Source: Candidatus Hydrogenedentota bacterium (GTDB lineage: Bacteria > Hydrogenedentota > Hydrogenedentia > Hydrogenedentales > SLHB01). From it: a DNA stretch of 64,000 bases. The notes under the pieces are model-generated. The model worked only from the letters and a program-made list of their open reading frames with translations, was not told the origin of the DNA and ran no database searches. Each line of letters starts with the position of its first letter. The first letter of the stretch is position 1. The DNA is taken from assembly GCA_963745075.1 (NCBI GenBank), contig CAVUWV010000014.1:64001-128000 (forward strand). The letters are read 5' to 3'. The position numbers were made by a program, and so were the translations under genes. This document shows positions 29,567-38,556 of this stretch, piece by piece.

Positions 29567-30457
29567 CTATTGCTCGTTGAGTGACCAGTCGTAATCCAGA
29601 TACTGAGTGGAATACGTATTATGAATCAAATACGCGCGGTCGTCGGACGAGACATACCTGGATACGGCGCTCAGCACGGCACCTTCTATTTCACCATGGT
29701 TCGGTATTTCCTCCGTCCGGTACTTACCAAGATAATCGCTCCCGAACCAGTCGAAGATGGGGGAGAGGTACACCACGTTCTCCTTGCGATCGATGCGAAA
29801 CTTCTTCGGGTTCGACAGAAACCGCCGCATCTGGTCGTCCAATTGCGCATCCAGCTTCGCTCCGCTGTACGGTTCGTTCCGCAGCGGTGGGCATCCCATC
29901 GCTGCACAAACCAGCGCGGCGTGTATTCTGGGTTCGTCGAATTTGCCACGTAGCACCTCATGCTCGATTGCATCGAGTGTGTAGGCGCGACCCATCACCG
30001 TCCACTCCAGGTCCGTCCACACCCCGGGAATCTGTCGAATGCTGTTTCGAGGATAGGCGAGACTGCGCAAAAGGCCCGCCTGGATAGGGTAGCGATCGAC
30101 GATGGCCTCAAGCGTCAACGCGTTGTACACATTAATCCAGAAAGCAATCTGTTCTTGCGCATCCCATTGTCCATACACGGAGGAATTCAAGACAGCAATC
30201 GACGACAAATACGTGTCGAGATCGGATGGGGTAGCCTTGAGGCCCGCATAGTCGACCATGCCCGTGTCGTTCACGTACGTCGCCAAGACCCTGGAATACG
30301 CGTCCGTAGTCACGGTTGAAGCCGTCGCTGGTTGCGCTGGCGCGGGCGCTTGGGTCTCGTCGGTGAATTCCAGGAGCAGGTAGTAGCCAAGTGCGAGCAC
30401 CGCACCCAGGACGCCGACCGTGATGGCAATTTTCTTGACCACCGATTTCTTGACCAC
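29567..30457 (-). CDS. DUF547 domain protein
   Basis: VDYAGL, AFWINVYNA, LDAIEHEVLR, EPRIHAALVCAAMGCP, YDWSLN. Confidence 0.9.
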   Translation of the reverse strand: MVKKSVVKKIAITVGVLGAVLALGYYLLLEFTDETQAPAPAQPATASTVTTDAYSRVLATYVNDTGMVDYAGLKATPSDLDTYLSSIAVLNSSVYGQWDAQEQIAFWINVYNALTLEAIVDRYPIQAGLLRSLAYPRNSIRQIPGVWTDLEWTVMGRAYTLDAIEHEVLRGKFDEPRIHAALVCAAMGCPPLRNEPYSGAKLDAQLDDQMRRFLSNPKKFRIDRKENVVYLSPIFDWFGSDYLGKYRTEEIPNHGEIEGAVLSAVSRYVSSDDRAYLIHNTYSTQYLDYDWSLNEQ

Positions 30458-30676
30458 CGATTTATACCCTATCCGTGAATGCTTGCAGATTAAGCAGGGA
30501 CGCCTACCTGTATTCCGGATGCCGTTCGCGTTAAGTCACTTGATTGTATGAAATTGAATGTCCATTCACCATTGCTCCCTGCCCCGTGGTACAATTCCTG
30601 CACTGGTGGCTGCATGCCGTGACTGGAGAGCCAAGAGCCTCGTGTGGTATAGGTGCTTGAGGTAAACGGAAAGGAC

Positions 30677-30829
30677 ATGCGAACAATGCGTCGTATCATT
30701 GGGACTATAGCGGTTGTAATCTTGGGCGTAATGATGGCGGCGAGTATGATGGGCTGCAATACGATCCGCGGTGTCGGCAGGGATGTCCAGGCCGGCGGCC
30801 GGGCGATCGAACGCGCCGCGGAGCACTAG
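30677..30829 (+). CDS. Entericidin A/B family lipoprotein
   Basis: Not in ORF track; MRTMRRIIGTIAVVILGVMMAASMMGCNTIRGVGRDVQAGGRAIERAAEH, with lipobox and CNTxxGxGxD signature. Confidence 0.88.
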   Translation: MRTMRRIIGTIAVVILGVMMAASMMGCNTIRGVGRDVQAGGRAIERAAEH

Positions 30830-31133
30830 TAGTGCGTTTCTATTGAATTTGTGCACCACCAAATATGAGCGCCCCTTACAACGGGCCAACAAAGTAGACG
30901 CGATTCAAAACCCCACCGTCCGATTCAATTGAAGCGGACTACTTGAACCGACCCGGCCCACGTCATTGGCCCTTCCGAGCAGGGCTCAATATCCCCGGTA
31001 TTCGTTCGCGGGCTTGAAATTTCGCTCGCCAGACTGCATCATGACCAACTCATTCGGCGTGCGGTGTGGGGGCGCGTTACGGATGCGCGTAAACCAACTC
31101 CCAGCGACGGAAAATCGATCGGAGAATTACACG

Positions 31134-32177
31134 ATGAGCGAAGTCGGTGTCGGCATTATCGGGTGTGGCAATATTGCGCCCATTCACGCGCAGAGCATGG
31201 TGGAAATCGAAAGCGCGAAACTGGTTGCGGTGTCGGATGTGGTCGAAGCGAATGCAAAAAAGCTGACCGATAGATTCCCTGCCGATATCTACACCGATTA
31301 CAACGAAATGCTTCAGCGTGACGACATTCAGGCAGTGAGCCTGTGCGTGCCCAGCGGTCTGCGTGCGGACATTGCCGAAGCCTGCGCCAAAGCCGGCAAG
31401 CATATCCTGGCAGAGAAACCGCTGGAAGTGACGACGGAGCGTATCGATCGGGTGATCAAAGCGGTTGATGCAGCGGGAGTCAAACTGGGCTGCATTTTCC
31501 AGTATCGGTTCGCTGACGGACCGGCTCACGTCCGCAAAGCCCTCGACAGCGGCCGCTTCGGCAAGCTGGTCCTGGGCGATGCCTACTTCAAGTGGTACCG
31601 GTCCCAGGAGTACTACGATAGCGGCGCGTGGCGCGGCACGCGGAAACTCGATGGGGGCGGCGTTCTCATGAATCAGGGCATTCACCAGATTGATTTGCTG
31701 CTGTGGTTCTTCGGACCCGTGAAGACGGTCACGGCGCAAACCGCGTTGGTCGGTCACACGAATATCGAAGTAGAAGATTTGGCCTGCGCCATGCTCACGT
31801 TTGAAAACGGCGCCATGGGCGTTATCGAGGGAAGCACCGCCATCTGGCCGGGGCATCCCGCACGGGTGGAAGTCCACGGCAGCGGAGGCAGCGCCGTTCT
31901 CGAGGATGGCGAGTTGCGATCCTGGCAATTCGCCCGAGAGATTCCGGAGGACAAGGAAGTACTTTCCAGCATCAAGGATTCCGCCATCGGCTCGGGCGCC
32001 AGCGATCCGATCGCCAGTCTCAAACATGAAGGGCACCGCCGCCAGATCGAAGACTTTATCACCGCCATCCGGGACAACCGCGAGCCGTCAATCGACGGCC
32101 GGGAGGGCCGGCGCGCGGTGGAAATTATCGAGACCATCTATCGCTCCGCAGAGTCTGGAAAGACCGTCACGCTATAA
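31134..32177 (+). CDS. Gfo/Idh/MocA oxidoreductase
   Basis: GIIGCGNI, AEKP, GGVLMNQGIH. Confidence 0.92.
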   Translation: MSEVGVGIIGCGNIAPIHAQSMVEIESAKLVAVSDVVEANAKKLTDRFPADIYTDYNEMLQRDDIQAVSLCVPSGLRADIAEACAKAGKHILAEKPLEVTTERIDRVIKAVDAAGVKLGCIFQYRFADGPAHVRKALDSGRFGKLVLGDAYFKWYRSQEYYDSGAWRGTRKLDGGGVLMNQGIHQIDLLLWFFGPVKTVTAQTALVGHTNIEVEDLACAMLTFENGAMGVIEGSTAIWPGHPARVEVHGSGGSAVLEDGELRSWQFAREIPEDKEVLSSIKDSAIGSGASDPIASLKHEGHRRQIEDFITAIRDNREPSIDGREGRRAVEIIETIYRSAESGKTVTL

Positions 32178-32317
32178 CCGTGCCAAGGCGGCCGGGGCGT
32201 CCGCACGACCCGAGATGGACGGCACGTTTGGCCGCCCTCACGTGGTTCTGTTACCATGCGTCAGTCGCCCGCATCGACAATTTACTGCAACGCGCGCATC
32301 ACCGGAGACTCGATGTC

Positions 32318-33376
32318 ATGAATAGACTTTCCCTCATAGTGCTTATTGCGTTCACGGCCGGCCTCGTGTTGACGGCTCCCCTCGCCGCCCAGGAACAGTC
32401 CAACCCGGAAATCGTGGCGACCATCGGCGATAAAGCGACTATCACCAAGACCGAATTCGAGCGAGCGCTTGCGGGTGCGTTGCAGGCGCGAATGGCCCAG
32501 GCCCGGCGGATGGGCGTGAAAGATCCGCAGAAGCTTGCGCAAACGCCGGTCAGTCACGAAGAGAAGCTCAAGCTCATCGACATGATGGTGAACAGCAAGA
32601 TTCTCTATCTTCTTGCCCAGCAGGCGGGAGTCAAAGTGACGGACGAGCAAGTGGACGCGGAGATCGACAAGCACCGTGCGGCACTTCCCCCCAACACGAC
32701 GCTCGAGCAGTTCATGGAAAAGCAGGGCACGTCCTTGCAAGAAATCAAGGACTTGACCCGCATGCGCCTCGCTTCCCAGGAGTATAGCCGCGAACAGGTT
32801 AAAGATATTTCAATCACCGACGAACAGGTTCAATCGGAATACGAAAACCTGAAGGCGAAGAATCTGTTCGATACCGCCGATATCGCGCACATCCTGGTTC
32901 GTGTGACCAGTGACGACCCCGGCGCATGGGAAGAAGCCAAGAAGAAGATCGACGCGGCGTACAAACGCATTAAGGACGGCGAAGATTTCGCGGTGGTTTG
33001 CAAAGACGTGTCGGACGACGACAAGACGAAGGATGATGGTGGCGTGATTAAGGGCGCCATGCGGGGCATTCTCGGTCCTGAATTCGATCAGCGGATGTTC
33101 ACCCTTCCTCTGAACGAAGTCTCGGAACCGTTCAAGAGCCGTCTCGGTTGGCACATTTTGAAGGTGACCGACCGCGGAGTGGCGCCGCTGGAGGGCGTAT
33201 TGAAGGAACGGTTGACCGCCGGTTTGCTACAACAAAAGAAGGCCCAAGCCATCGAGAAACTTATCAGCGACGCCCGGTCCACCATGAAGATCCAGATATC
33301 GCTTCCCCCCGAAGCACCCGCCGCCGAGGGCACGGAAGCCGCTCCAGCACCGTCATTGTTGGAAGGCGCCACCTGA
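32318..33376 (+). CDS. SurA/PrsA-like PpiC peptidyl-prolyl isomerase
   Basis: Signal peptide; AHILV, GEDFA..SDD..GG, PEF, EVSEP..GWHILKV. Confidence 0.88.
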   Translation: MNRLSLIVLIAFTAGLVLTAPLAAQEQSNPEIVATIGDKATITKTEFERALAGALQARMAQARRMGVKDPQKLAQTPVSHEEKLKLIDMMVNSKILYLLAQQAGVKVTDEQVDAEIDKHRAALPPNTTLEQFMEKQGTSLQEIKDLTRMRLASQEYSREQVKDISITDEQVQSEYENLKAKNLFDTADIAHILVRVTSDDPGAWEEAKKKIDAAYKRIKDGEDFAVVCKDVSDDDKTKDDGGVIKGAMRGILGPEFDQRMFTLPLNEVSEPFKSRLGWHILKVTDRGVAPLEGVLKERLTAGLLQQKKAQAIEKLISDARSTMKIQISLPPEAPAAEGTEAAPAPSLLEGAT

Positions 33377-33440
33377 AGAACGCAACCTTGGTCCCGCGCA
33401 CACATTCATCCGGCTCGGTGCGGAAAACGACATCGACGGA

Positions 33441-34709
33441 CTAATGTCTCGGTTTGACGTGGGGCGTATTGGCGTACACGATGTCAACCGTGTCGCCGTC
33501 ACTGAGTATGGACAAGCGCGCCGCCTCGGTGACGAGTTCGTTCGTACTGGAGTTCGCGGGCGTGGCAATCAGCCCCTGTTGATCCGTCTCCCGGATCATC
33601 GCCTGCCGCTTGGTTAGAGATTCGCCGTCACTCATTCCCTTCACTCTGTCCTCGATCTGATGGATTCGCGCAAGAATGTTCGCTACGGATTCATACCCGT
33701 AGCCGATTGGCTGTTCACCTTCCCCTAGCCACGGCACCAATCGGAAGAAATCGGGGCTGACGTAGTTGAACGCCGTGCCCCCGCATCCAATCCCCTCCAG
33801 GTAGCTGTGTGTGACGCCGCGGAACTGATCGTTGTGTTTGATCATGCCCGATTTACCGTCGCCCTCGCAGAACATCGTCAGGCACTGTTCGTTGCTGCCG
33901 GCGCCGTCGTCCGGATACCCCAGGCCATCGATCACCGAAAGGATCGCGCCATTCTCGTAGGTGACTCGGCCGTTGGCCCACATGTACCCTTCGTTGCCGT
34001 TGGGGAACTTCCCTTTGACGCCACTCACCGACACCGCAGTAGGGCGCAACCCGGTGATGAAGCTCACGAGGTCAACATAGTGGCAACCAACGTAGACGAA
34101 GGGATCGGATTTGTCCACCGTAAACCAATTTTGAAAATTTGAGAAGCGATACAGGTAAGGCTCGATCATCTTCGCTTCGCCCATCTGGAATTCACCGAAG
34201 TCCCCGCGCACGTAGTGACGTCGCGCCATGAGGGAGCGCCGATCCCAGCGCTTATGATATTCGACACCGACGAAGAGTCCTTTCTCAAGGGCAAGCAGCT
34301 CAATTTCGACCGCCTGGTTGTATTGCAGCACCAGGGGCTTCACGCAGAGCACGTGCTGGTCGTTCTTGAGCGCCTCCATCACGACGCCGTAGTGCAACTG
34401 ATCGGGCATCGCGACTACCACGGCGTTGCGCGGCGGCATCGATGCAATTACTTCTTTGTACGTTTCCGGACGGTTCTCAGTCTCCGGGGTATCCAAGGAA
34501 GGGTACGGCGTGAAGTCTTGGCCCGGGAATGCATGTTTCAGTTCGTCGTTCGCTTTGAGTGCTTTGAGAGGCGGCGTGTTCAGCGCGCAAATGTTGATAC
34601 CCGCCACGATTTTGAGCCGTTGGAGGTGATAGACACACGGCAGGATGAGATCGTTTGTGATCATGCCTCCCCCGACAATCGTGACTTCCATGCTTGCAGT
34701 CGCACTCAT
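33441..34709 (-). CDS. Gfo/Idh/MocA-like oxidoreductase
   Basis: IVGGGMI, PDQLH, CVKP, EYHKRWD, GCHYVD. Confidence 0.85.
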   Translation of the reverse strand: MSATASMEVTIVGGGMITNDLILPCVYHLQRLKIVAGINICALNTPPLKALKANDELKHAFPGQDFTPYPSLDTPETENRPETYKEVIASMPPRNAVVVAMPDQLHYGVVMEALKNDQHVLCVKPLVLQYNQAVEIELLALEKGLFVGVEYHKRWDRRSLMARRHYVRGDFGEFQMGEAKMIEPYLYRFSNFQNWFTVDKSDPFVYVGCHYVDLVSFITGLRPTAVSVSGVKGKFPNGNEGYMWANGRVTYENGAILSVIDGLGYPDDGAGSNEQCLTMFCEGDGKSGMIKHNDQFRGVTHSYLEGIGCGGTAFNYVSPDFFRLVPWLGEGEQPIGYGYESVANILARIHQIEDRVKGMSDGESLTKRQAMIRETDQQGLIATPANSSTNELVTEAARLSILSDGDTVDIVYANTPHVKPRH

Positions 34710-34951
34710 AGTCCTACACGCACTCCTTTCTTTGAAAAATAACAGAACCCCGGTTTCTTGACGCATTTTTCAGACGACGGCCGCCTGAAAGAGTGCATTA
34801 TTATACCCATCGTCCCGCGCTATCCAAAGCTGACGGAAGTCCCGCCCATTCGGTATGCATCGATCGTGCTATATGACGACGGGGTTTCGAATAACGAGTG
34901 CGGTATGATGGCCCAGCAAAGGACTTTGATTGTAGGAGAGGGAGGTGACTC

Positions 34952-35740
34952 GTGGATGTGCTTGCACACAATCGAAAGGCCTGGAATGCGCAGGTCGCCG
35001 GGGGGAACCAGTGGACCGTGCCCGTGAACTCCGACGAGATTCAGCGGGCGCGCGCCGGCGATTGGCGCATTATCCTCACGCCGAATGCAGCCGTGCCCCA
35101 CGAATGGTTTGGGCCGGTTGAGGATTGTGACCTCCTGTGCTTGGCCTCCGGGGGCGGGCAGCAAGCGCCCGTGCTGGCCGCGGCCGGCGCGCGCGTGACG
35201 AGTTTCGATAATTCCGATGCGCAACTGGCCAGGGATCGGTTCGTCGCGGACCGCGACGGACTCGAGCTGCGCACCGTGCAAGGCGACATGAGCGATCTGT
35301 CGGTGTTTCCGGAATCATCCTTCGATGTGATCGTTCATCCCGTCTCGAATCTGTTTGTGCCCGACGTAAGGCCCGTGTGGCAGGAGTGCTATCGCGTGTT
35401 ACGCACGGGGGGGCGGTTGTTGGCCGGATTCATGAATCCAGCCTATTTCCTGTTCGATCATTTCGCCATCGAAAGAGGCGGGCCGCTGGAGGTGCGGTAC
35501 CGTCTGCCGTATTCCGATATCGAGCAATTCGACGAACTCGCGAAACGCGGCGTGATGGACGAAAAGTCACCCATGGAATTCGGCCACACATTGAACGATC
35601 TGATCGGTGGCCAACTCGCCGCGGGATTCATCATTACCGATTTGTTTGAAGACGACTGGGATACCACCGTCACGCCGCTCAACGCGTACATGGCCTTTTT
35701 CATTGCCACGCTGGCGCGGAAGGTGGAAATTCTCCGGTAG
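34952..35740 (+). CDS. Class I SAM-dependent methyltransferase
   Basis: LLCLASGGGQQ, QGDM, FDVIVHP, YRVLRTGG. Confidence 0.9.
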   Translation: MDVLAHNRKAWNAQVAGGNQWTVPVNSDEIQRARAGDWRIILTPNAAVPHEWFGPVEDCDLLCLASGGGQQAPVLAAAGARVTSFDNSDAQLARDRFVADRDGLELRTVQGDMSDLSVFPESSFDVIVHPVSNLFVPDVRPVWQECYRVLRTGGRLLAGFMNPAYFLFDHFAIERGGPLEVRYRLPYSDIEQFDELAKRGVMDEKSPMEFGHTLNDLIGGQLAAGFIITDLFEDDWDTTVTPLNAYMAFFIATLARKVEILR

Positions 35741-35776
35741 CTGTTTAGGGACGGGTATTGCGTCGTATACTATGAA

Positions 35777-35944
35777 ATGAAACCGATCGGTTCGAATGCC
35801 TTTGGGCAGAAGGTCAGGCTGCGAAGCGAACTTGCTATGAATGACTTCGACGCGGTCCAAATGGAAGACACATTCAAACTCGGCATGCGCATCGACAATC
35901 TCGACGGTTTGCTCGTGCCGGATGAATCGGATAGGCCGCTGTGA
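35777..35944 (+). CDS. Possible 55-aa protein
   Basis: MKPIGSNAFGQKVRLRSE...DESDRPL fills the gap; its TGA overlaps the next start. Confidence 0.4.
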   Translation: MKPIGSNAFGQKVRLRSELAMNDFDAVQMEDTFKLGMRIDNLDGLLVPDESDRPL

Positions 35945-38523
35945 TGCGCGCACGGCGCATGGTCCGACCGTTCTTCGGACTGACACTGTTCACCGGCATC
36001 GCCGTCGTGATCGTCGTCGCATACATGTTCGGGAACGCGGGCATACACGAATACCTCCGTGGTTTCTCTGATTCCCGCTTGGACGTGTCCACGTCGGGGC
36101 AACGCATTCTGAACTTGACGCTCGCGGCCACGGTTACTCCCCCGGATACAACAAACCCCCAGGGCACCATCTCCGCCACCGCCGATCTTCACTTCGAGAT
36201 CGTCGATACCTCACGAAATAGTTTCGTGTGTCTCTTGAACCCGGGACTCACGATTACCTCTGCTGAAGTCCATGGAACCGCAGTGCGTTGGATCCGCAAC
36301 GGCCGAGTGGTCACGTTAAATGCGTCGGACCCACTACCGATCGGTACTCCCGTCACCGTCCATCTCGAATACGGCGGCCGGCTTTCCGGCGATGCCTACA
36401 TGCCCGCCACGATAGGCGGGGATCGCGTCATCTTGCCCCATCTGTCGCTTTGGCACCCGGTTGATTTGAACAGCTTTTTCCCCATCCAAGCCACCGTGGA
36501 CGTTCCCTCGGGTTGGGTTCCCGCATTGGACAATGTCGCTATCAAACCAAATGGCAACCGCCAACAGGTGACGTGGAAAGAGGATCGCCCCGTTCTCGGC
36601 TCAACGTTTATCGCCGGACCGTATGAGCACCGCGCGCAGCGGCACGGCAACGTGCGCTGCACGTACTTCTATGTGGATGATGGAACGGCAAATCCCACAC
36701 CGATCATCGATGCGATGGGCAGCGCCTACAGCTATCTTCGCACCATGTTTGGCAGCGACGATTTCGATCGCGTATGTGCGGTCAGCGATCCCAACATCGC
36801 TGCTGGGTTCAACGGCGGCAACGCCGTGCTGGGATTTCCGTCAAAATTTCCAAGCGAGTCTCGCGACCAATTTGCGCTCCTCGCCCGTGAAATCGCCTGC
36901 AACTGGTGGGGCAACACCGTCACCGGCCGTTGGTTCGCCCGCCAACCGGAGGCAACGTCATGGCTCGATCAAGGGTTTGCGGAATACAGTGCCTGGTTGA
37001 CCCTTCGCGGCGTCAAAGGCAAGTCCGACGCACTGCGTTACCTCGAAACACTCCACTGTCCGCCTTCGATTGATTTTCCCATGAAGATGATCGCTATTGC
37101 CGACGCGTACCGGGAACCAGTGCCCGGCACCGCGACCGATCCTTTGTACATCTACGTGCGGCAACCCTACACCCTTTCCGTGCTCGCGGCGGAAACGGGC
37201 GAGGAACGGTTCCTGGCCGGATGCAAGAACCTGTTACGCATCCACCGCTACCGCTCGATTTCGTATATCGCCGCGTTGCAGGAACTCGAACTCGCGTCGG
37301 AAAGCGATCTTCGGGAAACGTTTCGCGTTTGGTTTGAACGCGACGGTACCTTCGATTACGCGGTGGATGACGTCTCCCAGGATAACGACGCGGTGCGCAT
37401 TTCCATTTCGAATCCCGGCGACATCCCGGTATTCGGCAATATGACCGTGGCGCTCATCACCGCGGACGGCGTGGTGACCCGCGCGATCGAGCCCGGCGCA
37501 AACGGAGGCTCGTTCCTGTTTCAGGTTCATGCACCGGTAGCGACGGTCATTCTGGACCCAGAATTCGTTCTGCCCGACATGCGTCGTGCCAACAATATCT
37601 GGCCGCGCCGTACCGTGCCGCGATTGGTCCATGCCGGGACCGGTGGAAACGCCGTGTTGACGGCGTCGACCAACCCCGTTTTACCAGGCGCCGACGCGAT
37701 TGCGGTGGCATCTGGGGATTTGCGTTATGCGGATCGCATTGATACGCCGGCGCCGCTCGAAACGCAGCCCCTTCCAGACCCTCGCAATGAATCCGTTTTA
37801 TTCAAGGCCGGTAAGGTTTTCATTTGGGACCACGAGAGTGGAAATGCAGTTGCAATCGCCGGCGAGACGTTCATCCCTTTAGGATGGGTTGGGGAGGAGG
37901 CGGTGCTTCAAGATCCGGCGCGCAACACGTGGTACACCCGTGCCGGGAACGGTCCCCTTCGTGCGCTCGGAACCGGGCATGCAATCGCCAACCCCGGAAG
38001 CCTCATTGCTCAGCCGGGGCAAAAGCGTGCCGCGTATGTCGACGAGCCGACCGGGGCGATTCGAATCGTGACGCTAGCTCCGTTTGCAGACGAAGCCGTG
38101 AACGCGCCGCCTTCCGCTAGAAACGTGGTGTGGACTACCGACGGCAGTGCCCTTATCTTTGCGAATCCGGCCGGCACGGTCGTACGGCTGAACCCTGTTA
38201 CCGGCGATCAACGCGTTTTGCTCCACCTCGATTACGCTCTACGTAAGGCGGAGGTGTCACCGGGCGGTGTTTGTGTGGCGTGGCTCGATCCCAAAGAGCA
38301 ACTGCGATACTGCGCCATCACCAGGCCGCTGCCACAGCCGGCGCAGGTCGTCGGGGTAGCCGTTTCCTTCACATGGATCGATGACGCTACGCTACTGGTC
38401 CTGGCGGCCGAGCCTTTGCGCGAGATCCCGGCACTGGCCTATGCAAAGTATTCCCTTTGGCGCGTTTATCCCGACGGTCGTCCGCCGGAATGTGTGCTGC
38501 CGGACGCCACCCGGTTATTTTGA
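35941..38523 (+). CDS. M1-aminopeptidase-like protein with degenerate active site and C-terminal beta-propeller-like region
   Basis: N-terminal TM; LLAREIACNWWGN and WLDQGFAEY at the HExxH and E positions. Confidence 0.75.
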   Translation: MMRARRMVRPFFGLTLFTGIAVVIVVAYMFGNAGIHEYLRGFSDSRLDVSTSGQRILNLTLAATVTPPDTTNPQGTISATADLHFEIVDTSRNSFVCLLNPGLTITSAEVHGTAVRWIRNGRVVTLNASDPLPIGTPVTVHLEYGGRLSGDAYMPATIGGDRVILPHLSLWHPVDLNSFFPIQATVDVPSGWVPALDNVAIKPNGNRQQVTWKEDRPVLGSTFIAGPYEHRAQRHGNVRCTYFYVDDGTANPTPIIDAMGSAYSYLRTMFGSDDFDRVCAVSDPNIAAGFNGGNAVLGFPSKFPSESRDQFALLAREIACNWWGNTVTGRWFARQPEATSWLDQGFAEYSAWLTLRGVKGKSDALRYLETLHCPPSIDFPMKMIAIADAYREPVPGTATDPLYIYVRQPYTLSVLAAETGEERFLAGCKNLLRIHRYRSISYIAALQELELASESDLRETFRVWFERDGTFDYAVDDVSQDNDAVRISISNPGDIPVFGNMTVALITADGVVTRAIEPGANGGSFLFQVHAPVATVILDPEFVLPDMRRANNIWPRRTVPRLVHAGTGGNAVLTASTNPVLPGADAIAVASGDLRYADRIDTPAPLETQPLPDPRNESVLFKAGKVFIWDHESGNAVAIAGETFIPLGWVGEEAVLQDPARNTWYTRAGNGPLRALGTGHAIANPGSLIAQPGQKRAAYVDEPTGAIRIVTLAPFADEAVNAPPSARNVVWTTDGSALIFANPAGTVVRLNPVTGDQRVLLHLDYALRKAEVSPGGVCVAWLDPKEQLRYCAITRPLPQPAQVVGVAVSFTWIDDATLLVLAAEPLREIPALAYAKYSLWRVYPDGRPPECVLPDATRLF

Positions 38524-38556
38524 ATTACGTGGAGCGCGCTGTCGCTATCCGACTCC

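Noticed and set aside
30430..30463. 15-bp tandem duplication at the DUF547 start
   Set aside because: Simple two-copy slippage; only makes the start codon ambiguous
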